DNA of 64,000 nt from Balanoglossus misakiensis (GCA_040954595.2 CM082596.2:5840791-5904790); one strand, 5' to 3'. Counted from the first letter of the stretch, positions 26,501-41,190 are shown. Made by a program: numbers and translations. Notes: generated from the letters alone by a model not told the origin.

Positions 26501-28469
26501 TTGCTTTAGTGCAACCTCTGAGAGAAACTATAGCTTTAATAATGTCCTGAATGTGTTGCCAGGACCACAATGATTTGAAGGGATAATCCAGAAGGACGCC
26601 ATCTCGTGGCGATCTCTTTCTCTGGTGTGGTGCCCTCTTGTGACAAGATGATAAGTATACGAGAATGTACTGTGGACTACTTCTGGCATCTGTTGCATTA
26701 TCTTTTTTCATAAACTAAATGTGTTTTATCAATAATACCCACGTCTTTTTCATTTGTTTATGTCAGTTTGATTGATTTCCTTTCAAATGAATGATTTCTG
26801 CATCTGACTAATCATAATAAATGAATGTGAGCACTTTGTGAAAAAAAACATGAATTCAACCTTTAAAGTTTAACCAGGTGTTCTTTAGATTATGACATTT
26901 TGAGAAAAAACAGCTTTTTAAGTACACCATCCAAATCAAATTTAAATCAAGCAATTAGATATGATGCCTACTGTTGCTGTATTGTATCCAATTCTTTTTT
27001 CTTTTTAAAACTTTGGCTCTTTTTTCCAGAACATGGAAATTGTCTACCATTTTTAAAAACGACAAAAATGATATCACTAACATTTGTCCAATTGTTACAT
27101 GTTTAACATTGTCGACCGTCCCTGAGCAGTATTGACTGTATACGTGTGAAATTAATCCTGACACTGATCAGTGGCAAAGTATTCCATTCCGTGCTCCCTA
27201 TTTCCATACATGGACAACGCATCTGACTTGGACCCCTATGAACTCACAGATAACGCCATAAAAACAAGAGCTGGCCATCAGCCCAGCGAATACTTCGAGA
27301 TTGCATATTTCCATCCCCCAGGTCATTTTACATTAACATTGTGGGGGCTTAGTGAAAGGTTGTGTGTATATATGGGTAACTTCAAACCATCATTTTTGTT
27401 TTCGTTTCTCTAATTTTTGCTAAAAAAGTAAACAGTTTTATTATGGATTTTGATGATGTTATGCAGAAATGACTGAAAAATGTCCTTTTAATCCAAAATC
27501 AGTTGCCAATATGAGAAATGTTTGTATTGTATCTGCACACATATAGTCTCCATTTCCATATGCAGTTAATAGATGGCCATACTATTGTTTCACTCTTTAT
27601 GGTTTTGAATTTTATGAGGTTGATGTGAGCAGTTTCTATTTTTCCGGTTTAGTAAAATGTTATTACGCGTACACTTGACCCTTGCCCCTAAGTTTATTGA
27701 CATCATTGCTTCAAATGGCGTGTTCAATTACCCGAGTCCTTGGTGCAACCTTTTTGAGCTAAAACAGACACTTCCAAGCCCCAAAACATCTTTCAAACCA
27801 TTTCAAATTTCACCTCTTCGGGTGAAACTTTTCTCAGATTTGTTTGCAAAATACCAAGAAAAGTAAACCCATGACAGACACAAAAACGTGAAAGTGGTAC
27901 TGTGCACCACATAAGTAAACCCTATGAAATTAAATTTCAAAAAATAGGCAAAATTTAAAGATCATATATTTTGTTGTCGAGAAGAGGTCCGTGTTCGTGC
28001 CCCAAAGTAGCAGATTCATATTCTGTTGTTTTTGAATCTCGCAACGGCAAATTGGCCCTTTTTCTGCACCCCATGGTATTTGCTGGCTGCTGCATCTCCA
28101 GCCATGATCTGTGTGCTGTCTCTGGTTTCACAAAGAGACTACGGGCCCTACATACACACATCCAGCCAATCACGGCCTTCGCTTGGGACTCATCTTGTTT
28201 GTTTGTGGCCCCGGCTCTCGTCCAAGATGCCAACTGTATAGAGCGGGCAGTGATCGGTTGTTGCTAACGTAAGTTTATCTTTGTTTCATGTCATCGGTAT
28301 GCACTGTCAGTGGCAGCTAGTGTCCACCCGTTCCCCTAGTATTCTTCACAATTCTGTGAGTAGAGTACATCTTCCACAGCCATACTAACTCTTCCATCCC
28401 CGGCATTCTGGCTGCAGTGAATTACACGGCCTACATTAGGATCTCACTTTTCTGTCTTCAGTTTTTGTC

Positions 28470-28496
28470 ATGGACCCCGGGACCCAACATCCTGTG
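28470..28496 (+). CDS. Candidate start-codon exon of an internal isoform (MDPGTQHPV; exon 28462-28496)
   Basis: Acceptor ttttctgtcttcag|, gtcATGG start, donor GTG|GTATGT, phase 0. A non-coding exon donor AAC|GTAAGT lies at 28268 and a CCAAT at 28166. Confidence 0.45.
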
Positions 28497-28606
28497 GTAT
28501 GTACTGTCTTACGAGTATTGATAACCGATGTGCTCATCAGCTGGCTCAGTAAATCATCTGATGGCGTCATCTTTTATTCTGTCCAGCCTCTCTCCTCCTT
28601 TTCCAG

Positions 28607-28625
28607 AAAAATGTGCAAAACTCTG
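28607..28625 (+). CDS. Candidate 19-nt micro-exon (KNVQNS + G)
   Basis: Strong pyrimidine tract ctctctcctccttttccag| and donor CTG|GTATGA. Converts phase 0 to phase 1, which is what joining 28496 to 56645 requires. Confidence 0.45.
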
Positions 28626-31600
28626 GTATGATTTATAATTTTTGGAAAGGAAAACCATATTCTTCGGTCAATAGTTCTTTATGTTTATATTTATTATATT
28701 TTTTTTGTTTTTTGTTGTTCTTTGTTTGATATCTGGGTCATGATTTATAATAGGTTTTGAATCTACTATGTTCACATGATGAATTATTACGCAAGGCTGT
28801 GATATATTTTTGGCCTGTGTGAATGTTGTGTAGGGTGTAGAGTATATGCAATAGTGAATTTGACATCATCAACTGTGGTTACCACAGCAACATGGTCACA
28901 AGCATAACAAACACCTGGCTTTTTCATATTTTTCTCACAGAATTTATAGCTGAAATTTACTGAATATTGAATGAGAAATGTAAAGTCATGCAGTCTGTGT
29001 TTGGAAACAGTGTACGACTTGATCTGAAATGAAACAATTATTGTGTCATGTCACACATGCATAAGATCTGATGTGATTAATTTATAGGTGAACAGTTCAA
29101 ATGCTCGGAATTCTTCAGGGTCGGAAACGCAGATAAAATTGCAGGGGTTTTTCACCTTGTTGAGGTTGAATTTTGATCACGATTGTGTTGGGTATCTTCT
29201 TTGAGAAAAGTTACTGGGAGTTTGAGGTGATTTTGTACTAAAAATTGAAACTGTATTCTCCATAGAATGCGTTTTTTTTTTAGTTCAGCTGTGTAATTGG
29301 TATTTCAGTCCATGGATGCTGTATGTGCCGTCATCCTCTATATTCCACAATAATACCACCACTTCTAATGAATAACAGTCAATGAATCAAATCATTTTGA
29401 TTGGCCTAATAGTAAATATGCATTGCAGAACTAATTGACCACAAATACACAATAACGAAGGAGTCATCGCACTTCCTGGAACACGGATGACAAAATAACC
29501 AGACACGCACATCGCACCAAGCTACTTCAAGGGGACAGTGTTGAGCTGGTACAAATAAACAGTTTAAAGAGGCAGATTAGCATGCATGAAATTTACCATA
29601 ATTACATTGTGTTCCAAAGATTCATCTAGAATTGGATCATTACAATATGAAATCATAAAATCTTTAGAAAAATAAAAATTGTTACTTTAGTGTTGTCGTA
29701 TTTCAAGTGTTGTCTTTACATCATTTTATTTTTGTTACTTCTGAGCTGTATTTGAACTATTGCTCAACACATCATAAACAAAAAATGCCATTTTTGAGTC
29801 TTTCGAAAGCAGGGAGGCCTTGATTAATTTGTTGTTTTGGACTAAAATTTATTTTTTTCCCAAAAGTAGAGGTGGTAGTATCTTAAAAGAGGCCGAATCT
29901 TTGAAATAATTACAGTAATCTTATCCCATTTGGTATAACCAAGCCACACTACCAACACCACTGGAGAAAACAAATCTGGGGAAAAGTACAATGGCAACAG
30001 CTACCGGTATGTTTTGTAACCATCTTTAGTCGCTTAGATATACAAACGTAATTTGGTTTGGACCTTTACTTGATAATCAGTTATTTTTGTCATCTTTGCC
30101 AATTAATACATATAGATTAGCGTATACGTTTCATTTTTACTGTGCTGTTTACAAATACATTGAAATACCATTAGCCAAACTGCAGTTGAAGGAAGCATAA
30201 TGCAGTTTCCGCAAACTATGATTCCTTCTTTTAAAAGTTTATTTCTTACTCCAGCTTTTTAAACAAATGCATGACTATAACACTAATTGAGAAGTTCCTG
30301 TTGATATTTTCATGTAATTCAGCATTCGTTCATAAACTTACTTTATTATTTTATCAACATTAGTGTGGGTCAAACAAGTTTGGTAAAGGCACACTCTACT
30401 GATATGCAAAGTGAGGTGAAGCCAAAAATCTAGGGATCAATCTGTAGCTGTCGACAAGGACTTTTTTCTCATTAACATAATATCATTTTTATTGACTGGT
30501 GAGCACAAACTAATTAGCAATAACTATGTAATAAAAGCAGAACTTTCATAGTGAGTTATGTAATTTGATGTACTTTTGAAATCCAATATGATGAAAACCT
30601 GCAACCTACATAAAACAAGTCAAACAGATATTTGAGAAGCCAGATTTATTTTCTGCTTCTACAAATGAGAGGCTATGACCTCTTTCTGGAAGGTGTTCTG
30701 AAACATTAACTAGCTATACTTACTTTGACTAGCTTTCATCCATTTTGTCAAACTTATCTGAAGAACCTTGTGTTCATAGTTTTTATGTTGACATCAGAAA
30801 GTAAGTTACCAAAGCAGTAGAATTCCAAATTTAATTTTCCATATAGTTTAGTTTTCAGCTAAATTTAATGTTCTGATTTATGTAATCTGAAGGGAATAAA
30901 TCTTGTCATTTAAAAGTGTGAATGAACATCTCTTAGGAATTGAAATATGAACTGTCACAGATAAACAAATATGATACCTTTTACAACCACTGTTGCCATA
31001 GTAATCACTTTTCATGATTATCAATCATTTAGATTTCATGTAATTCTGACTTGTGGTTTAGATTTTTGTAAGGTGGAGGGTGATATATACATCACTTTTT
31101 AATCAAACTGTTTGCAACAAATCAGTCACTTACAGATATATACTTATAGTTTCTGCACCATCTGAAAAAGTTATTGGACTTTTTGTCATGTGCAAATGAG
31201 ATCAAAAATCATTGTGATATAACTTCCCTATCAATCACCCCATACTAAGGTTTTCTATAACTGTGATATTAAACTGAGGCAAATCTGATTGCTGTCATCT
31301 TTATTGGTACAGTTTCCCCTTACCCCCCTGGTATGGAATGGTTCGTTCCATCATAAAATCTTGATAACATGGCTATATGGAAATTATCTAGTCTGGTTCG
31401 GTTGCTGAAGGCTACGTCTACATTCCGATTAGGGAGGACAAATTGTTATTTGTTGCCAAGCTCCCATCAGATGGAAATTTATGAGCCGTCTCTCAGTATT
31501 TCAAATCCCTAATGCTGTAGCTCTGTCAAAGTAACCAGAAAATGGACTTTTTATAGTGTACATGTAAGTGTTTAAATGTACAAGTCAGCTTTTGACTGGG

Positions 31601-34072
31601 AAACGCTGCTCGCCAAATACACACACAGTATATGGTATCAGTTCACTGTCTTATTACAGAGACTTGTGACATTTGACATTTAACAAGCAACTTGTAACGT
31701 AAGAAGCTGGGGTATATATGCTCAGGTTCAAAAAACACATACTATAATATTTCAAAGTTGTGTTTTCCTCAACCTGTGGTTTTCAACACAGAACACTTGC
31801 CACCAGTCTTAATAATGATTTCAAAGAGAACACCCATGAAATAACTGATGAGAATCATAATCATTTTGATCTTATTACTGTTTAGTTGTGAAATCTTCTG
31901 TGTTTACTTGGTGGGAAGAAACCTGGCCTTCGGAAGTTTTAAGTTTGTTTTAATCTTATTTGAAGAAAATCAGATTTGAAATCAACAAACATGACAACTC
32001 TGATATTGTGTGTAATGGACCCAACCCTCCCAAAAAAGCGCCCTCTATTGGAAGCTTGTGCATGCAAGAGAATTTTAGCAGTTTAAACAAGTTGGCTCAG
32101 TTTTGCACAGAAAAGACTTAAAATATTGTAGACTGATATTGGGGAAATAAATGAAATGGTAGGCTTTCATTTTACAGCTCCTCAGATTATCCACTTTAGT
32201 GGTTAAGTCCCATAGGAATTCATCCTCACTTTAAAAGGTACTGATCTTCTAGTAAATGACTGAAAGTACTTGTTTTGATGAAAAAAAAATCATTTCTGAT
32301 TTTTCTACAAATCTGGACAGCCATTATGTCACCTGGTTGGTTAAAGACGTACTTCAACCTTGTCAAAATTTGGGTAAACCCAGCTCAGTATATAGAGTTA
32401 GAAATTAATTTGACCACTAGCATATGCGACAGCTGGAACCATGATCGTGGTTAATTTGTTTGCATAATTGGTGACTCAGACTAAAATTTGAACACATACA
32501 TCATGGAGGAATGACATACATTTATGCGCTATCACCATACGATCCAATTTCTCTGCATAATGCAATTTAATTATAAGTTACTCTGCCTGGCCAAGTGTGA
32601 ATAATTAGATCCATCAAAAAATCAAGTGACAGAACTGAGAAAGATTTCAAACATCACGTATGGAAGTGGATTAATGCAAGGATAGATTCTGAAATTAATA
32701 CCTCTAATCCTTATCATGATATGAGAGATTAAAAATTAATAGGAACTGTGGTGTTTGAAATGGAGAAATGGTGATCCTGTAGTTGCCATAGTGATTGTAA
32801 CGCTGCTGATGATATGGACAGATAATTGATTTTATTCAATGATAACGAAAGAATGAAATCAATGTGAAAGACTTGATTAAATGAACAGAATGACAATCTG
32901 GTAAAATGATACAAGAGATTACGAAATAATTGCATGGTTTTTGACAAGTGACTGACTCAGAGAATGGATGGTGTCAACGTCCTAATGATTTTGTGTTTTT
33001 GCTGGTCTGCGTCTATTCATAGAGCCGATATAGTGTTCAAGGGCATTCTATCTCGATCAATTCAAGCCACCTCCCTGATATCCACTGATGCAGAACCAGT
33101 CTTTTGTGGCCGTGCAACTTTGCAAACCTCCAGAAATTCATCCCCCACAGCCATTCTGGAAGATCAAATATTTAGCCTCCATGACAGAGCATAAGAACCC
33201 TTTCGCTATTTCCAATTTCCTGACATTTTTTTTTGTCAGAAAAGTATGCACGTGTGTGCTTCCCGTCACAAAAACGCTTCCTTCCTCACGGCAGACCGAC
33301 CGCCTATTTTTTTTTCTCGTCCTACTCAGGTGTAACTAGAGATTTCTCAAAGCCAGACACTGACCCATTATGTTGAATACCCCCAGGCTTTGCTGTACAA
33401 CAATAGTACACGATTGAATTACACCACCTGGGTAAAACCACTCACAACAGGGGTTGGACAAGATTGCCATCAGATTATCGCCAAGTTCAAATTCATATAA
33501 AAGTTTTATTTGATGGCATATGTTGACTCAAACTGAACAGATTTCGTTACCAAAATCTGATGGCTTATTCCAATTTTAACAGATGATGGACTAGTTGGTT
33601 TGAAGAATGTCCATATCCTGCTGAAATATACGCCTCCCACATTCGTAACTAGTCTGATTTAAACACTTTCATTGATAGCAATTTTAAATTTTAGATAATT
33701 AGAAACATGTGGCCTGTACCGTGTCCCATTCTTCAGCACTATTCCTATAATCAGTTTCAAATGTTTTTAAAATTTTTACTCTGCTGGAATCTGCAGATTT
33801 AAGTGAAAAACAATTGTAACCCACATAAAGCGAGGAAATGCTCTTATTTTGAAGGTCGTTTCACCTTTTCACCCCTGTGCCAATAATGGTCTTGTCTGGA
33901 TCATAAAACTATACTACGCATTTTCACTGTGAGTAATTCATGGGATGGCCATGCGCTGGTAGCAAGCCCCTGGTTTTGAGGGATACCTGTTCGTGTGTGT
34001 TAATCGTAGTGCGTGCGTGGATTCGGTCGTGTGTCGTAGTGTCGCGGATTGTTAAGCGCGTTACAATACAGG

Positions 34073-34091
34073 ATGGACAGCGATGACGAGG
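34073..34091 (+). CDS. Candidate alternative first coding exon (MDSDDE + G)
   Basis: aggATGG Kozak context, donor AGG|GTGAGT, phase 1, CpG-rich leader at ~33990-34060. Confidence 0.7.
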
Positions 34092-35495
34092 GTGAGTTTA
34101 ATATCCATGTTTCTGCAGATCGAACTAGAAATTATTTTGCCAAAAATTCATATGTCGATGTACAGGGAGTTTTTTTCTCAGTGTATAAACAGTGTTTTGT
34201 TTTGTCGAGGAGCACCTGTTAGGACCACGGTGGATTGTCATGAATGGAACGTACGCGTACCAGACCTATTTTCTCGGTGTTTGTTAAAAGTGGTGGGTAG
34301 TTACTCTGAAACTGCAGACGAAAATAAAAACCGTGATCAGTATAGCATACATTTGCATCTGTTCAAATTTTCATTATCCAAAGTACTATACACTGGAGGA
34401 ATTAACACTATGTAACCATGGCAACCTATCTGTGTAGATCATATATTGTGGATCACCTTTGGACAGTACAGACAGATATTGATTTTTACAATACAAATGT
34501 CTTCAAATATGAAGCATTGTATAGATTTGAATTGTTTATTTACTCATATGTACTGGGTCAACTGGTCAGACAAAATTTATAAAAATCGTAACATTGTTCT
34601 TTCTTTCAAATGGGTGTGGTCCTGATATATTACCCTATTCACTTTTTTTAGTTAGTATTGTTTTAAGGCAGATTAATATTTGATGAAATTGATATGAACT
34701 CTAGTTGATTAGGATTAAATTATTCATAAAGTGGAGATTTGTTTCTGAAAATGTACATCTTTACCGACCATTCCTAAATTACTGGTTCATAATGAAATTT
34801 CCAAGAGTATTTGTCTGCAGGGGGATTTGACTTTTGATAACATATTAAATACTGCAATATGGGAATTGGTGCAGTAAAATCTGACTCATCTGTCATCCAC
34901 TAGACCTGGTTTATGATTTATGGCCTTTTTAGGCCATAAATTCAGATTGTATTGATCGGACACTATCACAGAGGAGCTAAAGTTTACTTATGGACTGATT
35001 GGGAGAATTATGAGGCAAGCCTATACACATGGATCCTCCTCATTGATGCAATTTGTTTAGCTTCATTGTACCTGATGTTTAGGTCAGACCATCTCAGAGT
35101 GAAACGGGTAGAAAGGGGGGTGCAACCCTTTGCTTTCTCGTAAGTGGAACGGTCCACCGTCCAACTATTAGAATGCATGTATGTACCGTAAAGTGATTGC
35201 AAGTGGAATGAACAACAGCTGAGGTTAAAAACATGAATCATGTCATTTCCTCCGTCAAATGTCCACGATTTACACGTTGAGGAGCGTTTTTATCTGGAAA
35301 GCCCACCTGACTTCCATTACGGAAGCTGAACGCACAATGCGTCGTAACGAAGTTGCCGAGAACTTCCCACTTCCCCCCAGTGTCATAACGGGAAAGTCTC
35401 CGTCTTATCATTGGAAGTCACTGGAATTTTCCCCTTCCTGGGAATTCTATTCCAGAATCACAATCTATCCAAACAAAACTTGTTACAGGAAGGTG

Positions 35496-35916
35496 TTAAG
35501 GATGTACGCGCAGAACATAAACCGGAAACAGTGCGCGCCCGGTCTTTTTCGCATAGGATTACATTGAAAATTGCTAGAAAACAAACTTCTACTATTGTCA
35601 TTTTCACGAAATTTTACACATAGCTCAGTCCAGCAAATATAAATTCATTGGTCAAATAAAATATAGGGGTCACCGCGCTCTATTTTGAGATAAATTGCGT
35701 CAAAAATTTTGCCCATAGACAAACCATTGGTGAAAAATGCTGAGTCAGCAGTTTTCTTCTATTATCGACTAAATTCAAGGCTCTGTATTTCAAAAACAAG
35801 CGCGGTGACCCCTATATTTTATTACGGATTTTCATTATACATACAAAGGAGAATCCAAAAATCCACAATTAAAAAAAATGACAATACTTTCAATTTTACT
35901 GAACGTACATCCTTAA
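35496..35916. mobile_element. Non-autonomous DNA transposon with TTAA target duplication (Kolobok-like termini)
   Basis: TTAA-GGATGTACG ... CGTACATCC-TTAA, plus an internal 22-bp inverted pair aaaatataggggtcaccgcgct / agcgcggtgacccctatatttt. Confidence 0.85.
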
Positions 35917-37243
35917 GGTTTTGTTTGCGACTGAAATTCAGGCGATGTCATTTGGTATTAAACAGTAAAGTGCTTTTCAAGTTCCTCTGAGATTCTAAAC
36001 ATAGTACTCGCGTTTTATTTCAAGTATCTTGTATCAGTTATACAAAGCAGATCACTCACTTCAAATTAAAAGAAACATAAATCTGCACTTATATACCATT
36101 TAACTCTTTCAAGTCTAAATTTTGACTGTCATATCAAAATTTCCCCATATACAAATGTACAGCAGTTGGCCTGTTAAGACAGAATTTAATTTAAAAAACA
36201 CTAATACTAGTATCGTTAAGATGATGTATTATGTACAATTTTGCCGTTTCTATAAAATATACATTTTAAGAAGTTTTGAAGCAACTAAACTTCTTGTTAC
36301 TAAATTTACACTTTCTTTAATATTTCTAGGATTAACAGACTGATTAATGTGTGTATGTTATAGCCACTGTCAGAATTGCCCCACAGTGCAAGCATTATAG
36401 CGTATCAAACTCAATTATTCTGCTTGAGGAATTACAAGCGGAAGATAACCGTTTTCATCGGAGAATTTCAAATTCAGAAGGGGGTTTATTTATGCTCTCA
36501 GAGGAAAGACCAAGATTAGTCATCGGCAGAGCAGACATCTCAGCTGGCGATGAAAAATGCTGGGAGCTTGTCTAGCAGAATAATTATCTTTGCTCAATAT
36601 TGTCTCTCAGATCACTTGTCAATCTGGCTCATTGAGTTGACTCTCTTGAAGAAGTGAGTGCTCAGATTATTCTTGAATTGCTCTCGTTCATTCATGTATG
36701 TGTGCTTAGGTGTGTGAGTGCGTGCGTGTGTGTATGTGAAAGAGAAGGGACAGAATTACGACAGTTTTGCTGGGATTCAGTGGAATCTGGCAATTAAGGT
36801 ATCCAACATGATCTTTTCAGTTTAGATACATATTTTTTCAATCACATTTTATGTGAATATTCATTTTGTTCAGAGTTATTGTAAAAACAGTATATTAAAT
36901 TTCCCTCCCATCATGAATTCACAGGTCCCCCCCCCCTCCTGCCTTGACCCCAGACACAATCATAACACAACCTCCTTATCACTCTAATCTCAACTCAAAA
37001 CTCTTGTTTGTTTTTATGTGGTGCAATATTGGCTGATTGATACCATACAGTGTGAAGACAAACAGTTCAGCCCTTGCAAACCAATTAATTCCCTACTTCC
37101 TGTGTATCTGGTTACTCATAACTGTCAATCAAGGTCATTGACTTGAGGTGATCTTTAACCTCTGCCATCCTCTTCGTAACCAAAGATGTCATCTGCTGGT
37201 ACCGTTTGTGTGCAGTTTCATGAAAACGTATTCGTAAAACGTA

Positions 37244-37335
37244 TTAAAGGTATACAGTCACCTCCAATTTACATACACCCATATGCACCCATGGTAACTA
37301 TAGCTAATTTCCCACAGGTGACCGTGTACCTTTAA
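37244..37335. mobile_element. Very small TTAA-flanked MITE
   Basis: TTAAAGGTATACAGTCACCT ... AGGTGACCGTGTACCTTTAA, a 20-bp inverted pair with 2 mismatches. Confidence 0.75.
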
Positions 37336-39428
37336 TGGTATTTTCCAGAGAAAAGAAATTAAGAGAGAAGTGCTTTCATGTGAAAATACTGACCTTGTGT
37401 ACGTTACTCGACTGGCTACATCCCGGGTTGTTTTCTTGAAATTTTTGCTCCATGTGATGTCCTTGACCCAGACGCCGTTTTCTATTAGGTCACCAGAAGG
37501 TCACCGCAACCACAACCACTTGTGTTTTTGTCTGAGAGTCCAGGAGGTCCTGATGAACAATCAGATTTTAAAGTAAAAATTAATGTGTGGAAGATAACAT
37601 TGCTTTTTACCATTTCTTTAAGGACTTTTTATGCTCCAACTGGCATACATATCCTTTAATATCTTTTCTTCTTTGGTTATTCTAGTTTATGACCTATTAT
37701 TGAGAGTTCCAACTCAAATATGCACCAGCTGAGAACTTCATCTTTTGGAGAGAAAAATTACACAGAAGCATAGCAAATTACTCTATGACTCTGTAATTTA
37801 TCTCTCGTCACAGATAACACCCTACATCCTTCCTAAAACATTTATCAACAATCACATTTCCTGTCGGGTTTTGTCTATTTTGACCAAGGCACTGCCAGAA
37901 ACCATCTGACCAATGAGCAAATGGAGAATGAATTGTCAGAGGTGAAAGGCTAAAACGTCAGAGTTCATGCGATTTTGAGGCAGGTTCTTATCTACAATTG
38001 GTAATTTATTGAATATTGACTTTTGAAGTAACTGTTGACAGTTAGGATTCAAACTTGTACAGAGCCCTGATTGTGTTAATTAAATTCTGGACACAATCCA
38101 TCGCTGCATGCAAACTCGGAGAACGATCGATTGCCTCAGCGCTCTGCAGATTTTAAGTTTCTGCGAAAATACTTGGTGTACTTCTCACCCTCCATCCTAA
38201 CAAGTAAGTCCTAATCGAATCTCTAATATAAAAGTTAGACAAGCATGTGTCCACGAGTGAAACTGTGGTTTGAGAGAAAAAAGGTTGGATGTCTTTGTCA
38301 TATACCACTATAGCTGTAGTATCTTAATAGTAGTCAATATCAGTATTCTATAGCCATTAAGACAGAGCCATTTAGTTCAATTATCATCAATAAGAAATAA
38401 AAAGGAAATACATCAGTGCAGCTCTTCCTGAGAACTTCATTAAATAATTTATTTTGTTTTTAGAGTAAACCATTTCACCATAGGGATGTTGTTACTTTTA
38501 TCAGGGACAGATTTGGAAAAAAAAATTCTCTGTTTTCCATCCATCAGTCGTACACTACTTTGAAAAGCGTGACCAACTTAAGTAGAAGTCGAACATCAGA
38601 AATGTTTTACCCATACAAACATTACATAATGAGCACCCAAACTGTAATGCCTATGCAAGAAAGACAACGTAACCCCGGTCTTCAAGGAAGATATTATAAA
38701 TTCAGGCAAAAAACGCTGGCTATTGACTTCTCATCCACATTCACAGTCACACTGCATTCACACAAAGTGAGCTGACTGCAGATATAAGTACTTCACGTTG
38801 TCAATGGAGCTGAAATAATCCTGACAACTGTGAAAACCTCAGATAACTCGTTTGGAATTGAAAAGTTTATCTGCGATAAGTCACTGCAAATAGGTTTTCC
38901 CCGAGTTAAGTGATTTTTGACTGCGCGCGAAAACGTCCCAATCATTCACCATGGACGGGTTCGTTAAAACATTATTGCAAGTTATTATATCCAGTGAATG
39001 GGAACTGTTTGCCTAGCAGTAATAAATCGGGCGTTGACGAGCCCGGCCAATACACAGGTATACAGTGCCGTATGCACCTAGTTTCTTTGATTCTATGGTG
39101 ATTGATGACCTCGAGGCAGAGGTCAGGTTAAACTTCCTCATCGACTTTTTGCGCCCAATAGGCGATCAAACCCAGCTGACGTGCATGCAAACAGTGCCAC
39201 TGTTGTGACTGCCCTGCCATCCATATATGTACGTCAGTGGCCACCGGGTCTAAAATTATCACCCTGTCACCACTGGCAATTATAATCTCCGGACTGATCC
39301 TGGGGTCGCGAGTGTCATGGGTTGCGGTCGTACGGTGACTGCGTTTTGTATTTACTGAAGGGGGGAGGGAAAACTCAAGGAATATATACTTAACAACTGG
39401 ACATTGTGTGTCGACAAAACTCATCACC

Positions 39429-39474
39429 ATGGATAAATACATTCGTGCAGAAAGGTGGAAATATATGCTACCAG
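39429..39474 (+). CDS. Candidate alternative first coding exon (MDKYIRAERWKYMLP + G)
   Basis: accATGG Kozak context, donor CAG|GTAAAA, phase 1. CpG-rich upstream region with CRE-like TGACGT/ACGTCA (~39177, ~39231). Confidence 0.6.
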
Positions 39475-41089
39475 GTAAAATATTGCCATTTTCTAAATTG
39501 ATCACAGATATTTTCAGAACGGTTGATTACAGGGTATTTTCCTCTGTTAGCTTGTTTTCAGCATGCTAGTTCCTGTACCCCAATACATGTGAACAAATAG
39601 GAAAATTTCACCCCCTATGGACAGTAGATGAAAAGCTAGACATATCTAGAGAAACTTTAATGATAATGTATGCAATGTTATTGGCTGTGAGAATTTCTAA
39701 CTCTTCCACACTTTTGATGTGCACAAGGTTGCAACTCTATAGTCAACATGGCTACCAAAAGGTTACCTTCTGGTAGCCAAAGGGTTAAAAAGCCATCAGT
39801 AAACTCAGTTATAGTGAACTAACAAACATTTGGCATGGGATGATCGAGTTGCTTCATTTGAAGTGAAAAAACAGACCTGTTTCACTGTAGCGTGGTGTGA
39901 AATGTAGACGATATCAGTGAAAATTTTTCAGTGTAGTGTGGGCTACTGATAAGAATGCATAATTTTTGTAACTCGTGGCCTCACCAGTCTCTTTTCAGTT
40001 TTAATTCAAAACTTGAACCATATCAGTACGGCATTGCTTTGTCTACCAGTTTGAAAACAAGTCTTAACGCTTTCAACAACAAAAAAAGTTACACGTTTTG
40101 AATTTCAATGATGCAGACTCGTACACCTTTCCCTGGTTTCGACTTTTGTTGTGTGTTCATTGAGCTTATTCACTTGTGTAAAATTATCGGGATGGATTGT
40201 GTTGACGGCATTCCCACACGTACAACTGATAAAGCATGATCAATCTTTGATTATGTCAGTATGTTATTGATCTTTTTGTTTTCAAAACATTTTCTGTGGA
40301 TTCCTGTGGGGAATATACGCAGCACCAAAGTTGCTGAAACAAAGACCGAGCTTCAAAAAAATTTATAGAGCCACCTAGCTACAAGTGGTGGGTCCTAAAC
40401 GATTGTTACTAAGCAAGTAATTTGGCCAGTGCAACATTCTTCAGTGACATGAGTGATGGCTGTTGTGCTCATTATTTTGACTATACTTCAAGTCTACCAC
40501 CCATGCACTTGTACCCCTGATAGAATGAAAAAGTCCCATTCTCCGCCCATCATCATTTCTCTGATCATTCCTTGTACCTCACACATCTTGAACTTCTCAC
40601 CCCTATATCCCTGACACATGGTTTCACCCAATCCGCAGTTGGACCACAGTTTGCTAGTGTAACAGTGAAAGACTTACAGGCAACAAGGATCAGCTTTAAC
40701 AAACAAACCCAGAAGGTCAAATAAACCCACCCGTAAATCACGGAGTAGTAAACTAATGTACAACAATATCAAATTCTATTTTCACTTATTTATAAATTAA
40801 TTGATATACAGTATATTAAAATGATATTGAAAAAATTTATTGGCCCACATAATTTTGAATTTTATCTGCACATCGTGAAAATATGAGGAGTATTATTTCA
40901 GATGCTCTTGCTTAGTGACTAAATGATGAGACAGATTCTTAAGCTGTTGCCTAGCAACCATCTTTTTCTTCAGCAACAAGTTCTCTGTACCCTCTGCGGC
41001 ATTTACAAATGCATTGCAACAAGGTTGCATGTGATAAAGTCATTTGGAGTGACACGACAGTCTTCAATTAGGTTGAGTGGCTGACTTTG

Positions 41090-41190
41090 GTTATAACTTA
41101 GCCTAGTACCTAGCCGTATTTTGTCCACTTTGCTTCCAAAACTAAAGCAAAGCGGACAAAATACGGCTAGGTACTAGGCTAGTTATAACT
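41090..41190. mobile_element. 83-bp hairpin insertion (41099-41181) with a perfect 9-bp target-site duplication
   Basis: 37-bp arms with one mismatch, a 9-nt loop, and GTTATAACT directly repeated on both sides. Confidence 0.85.
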
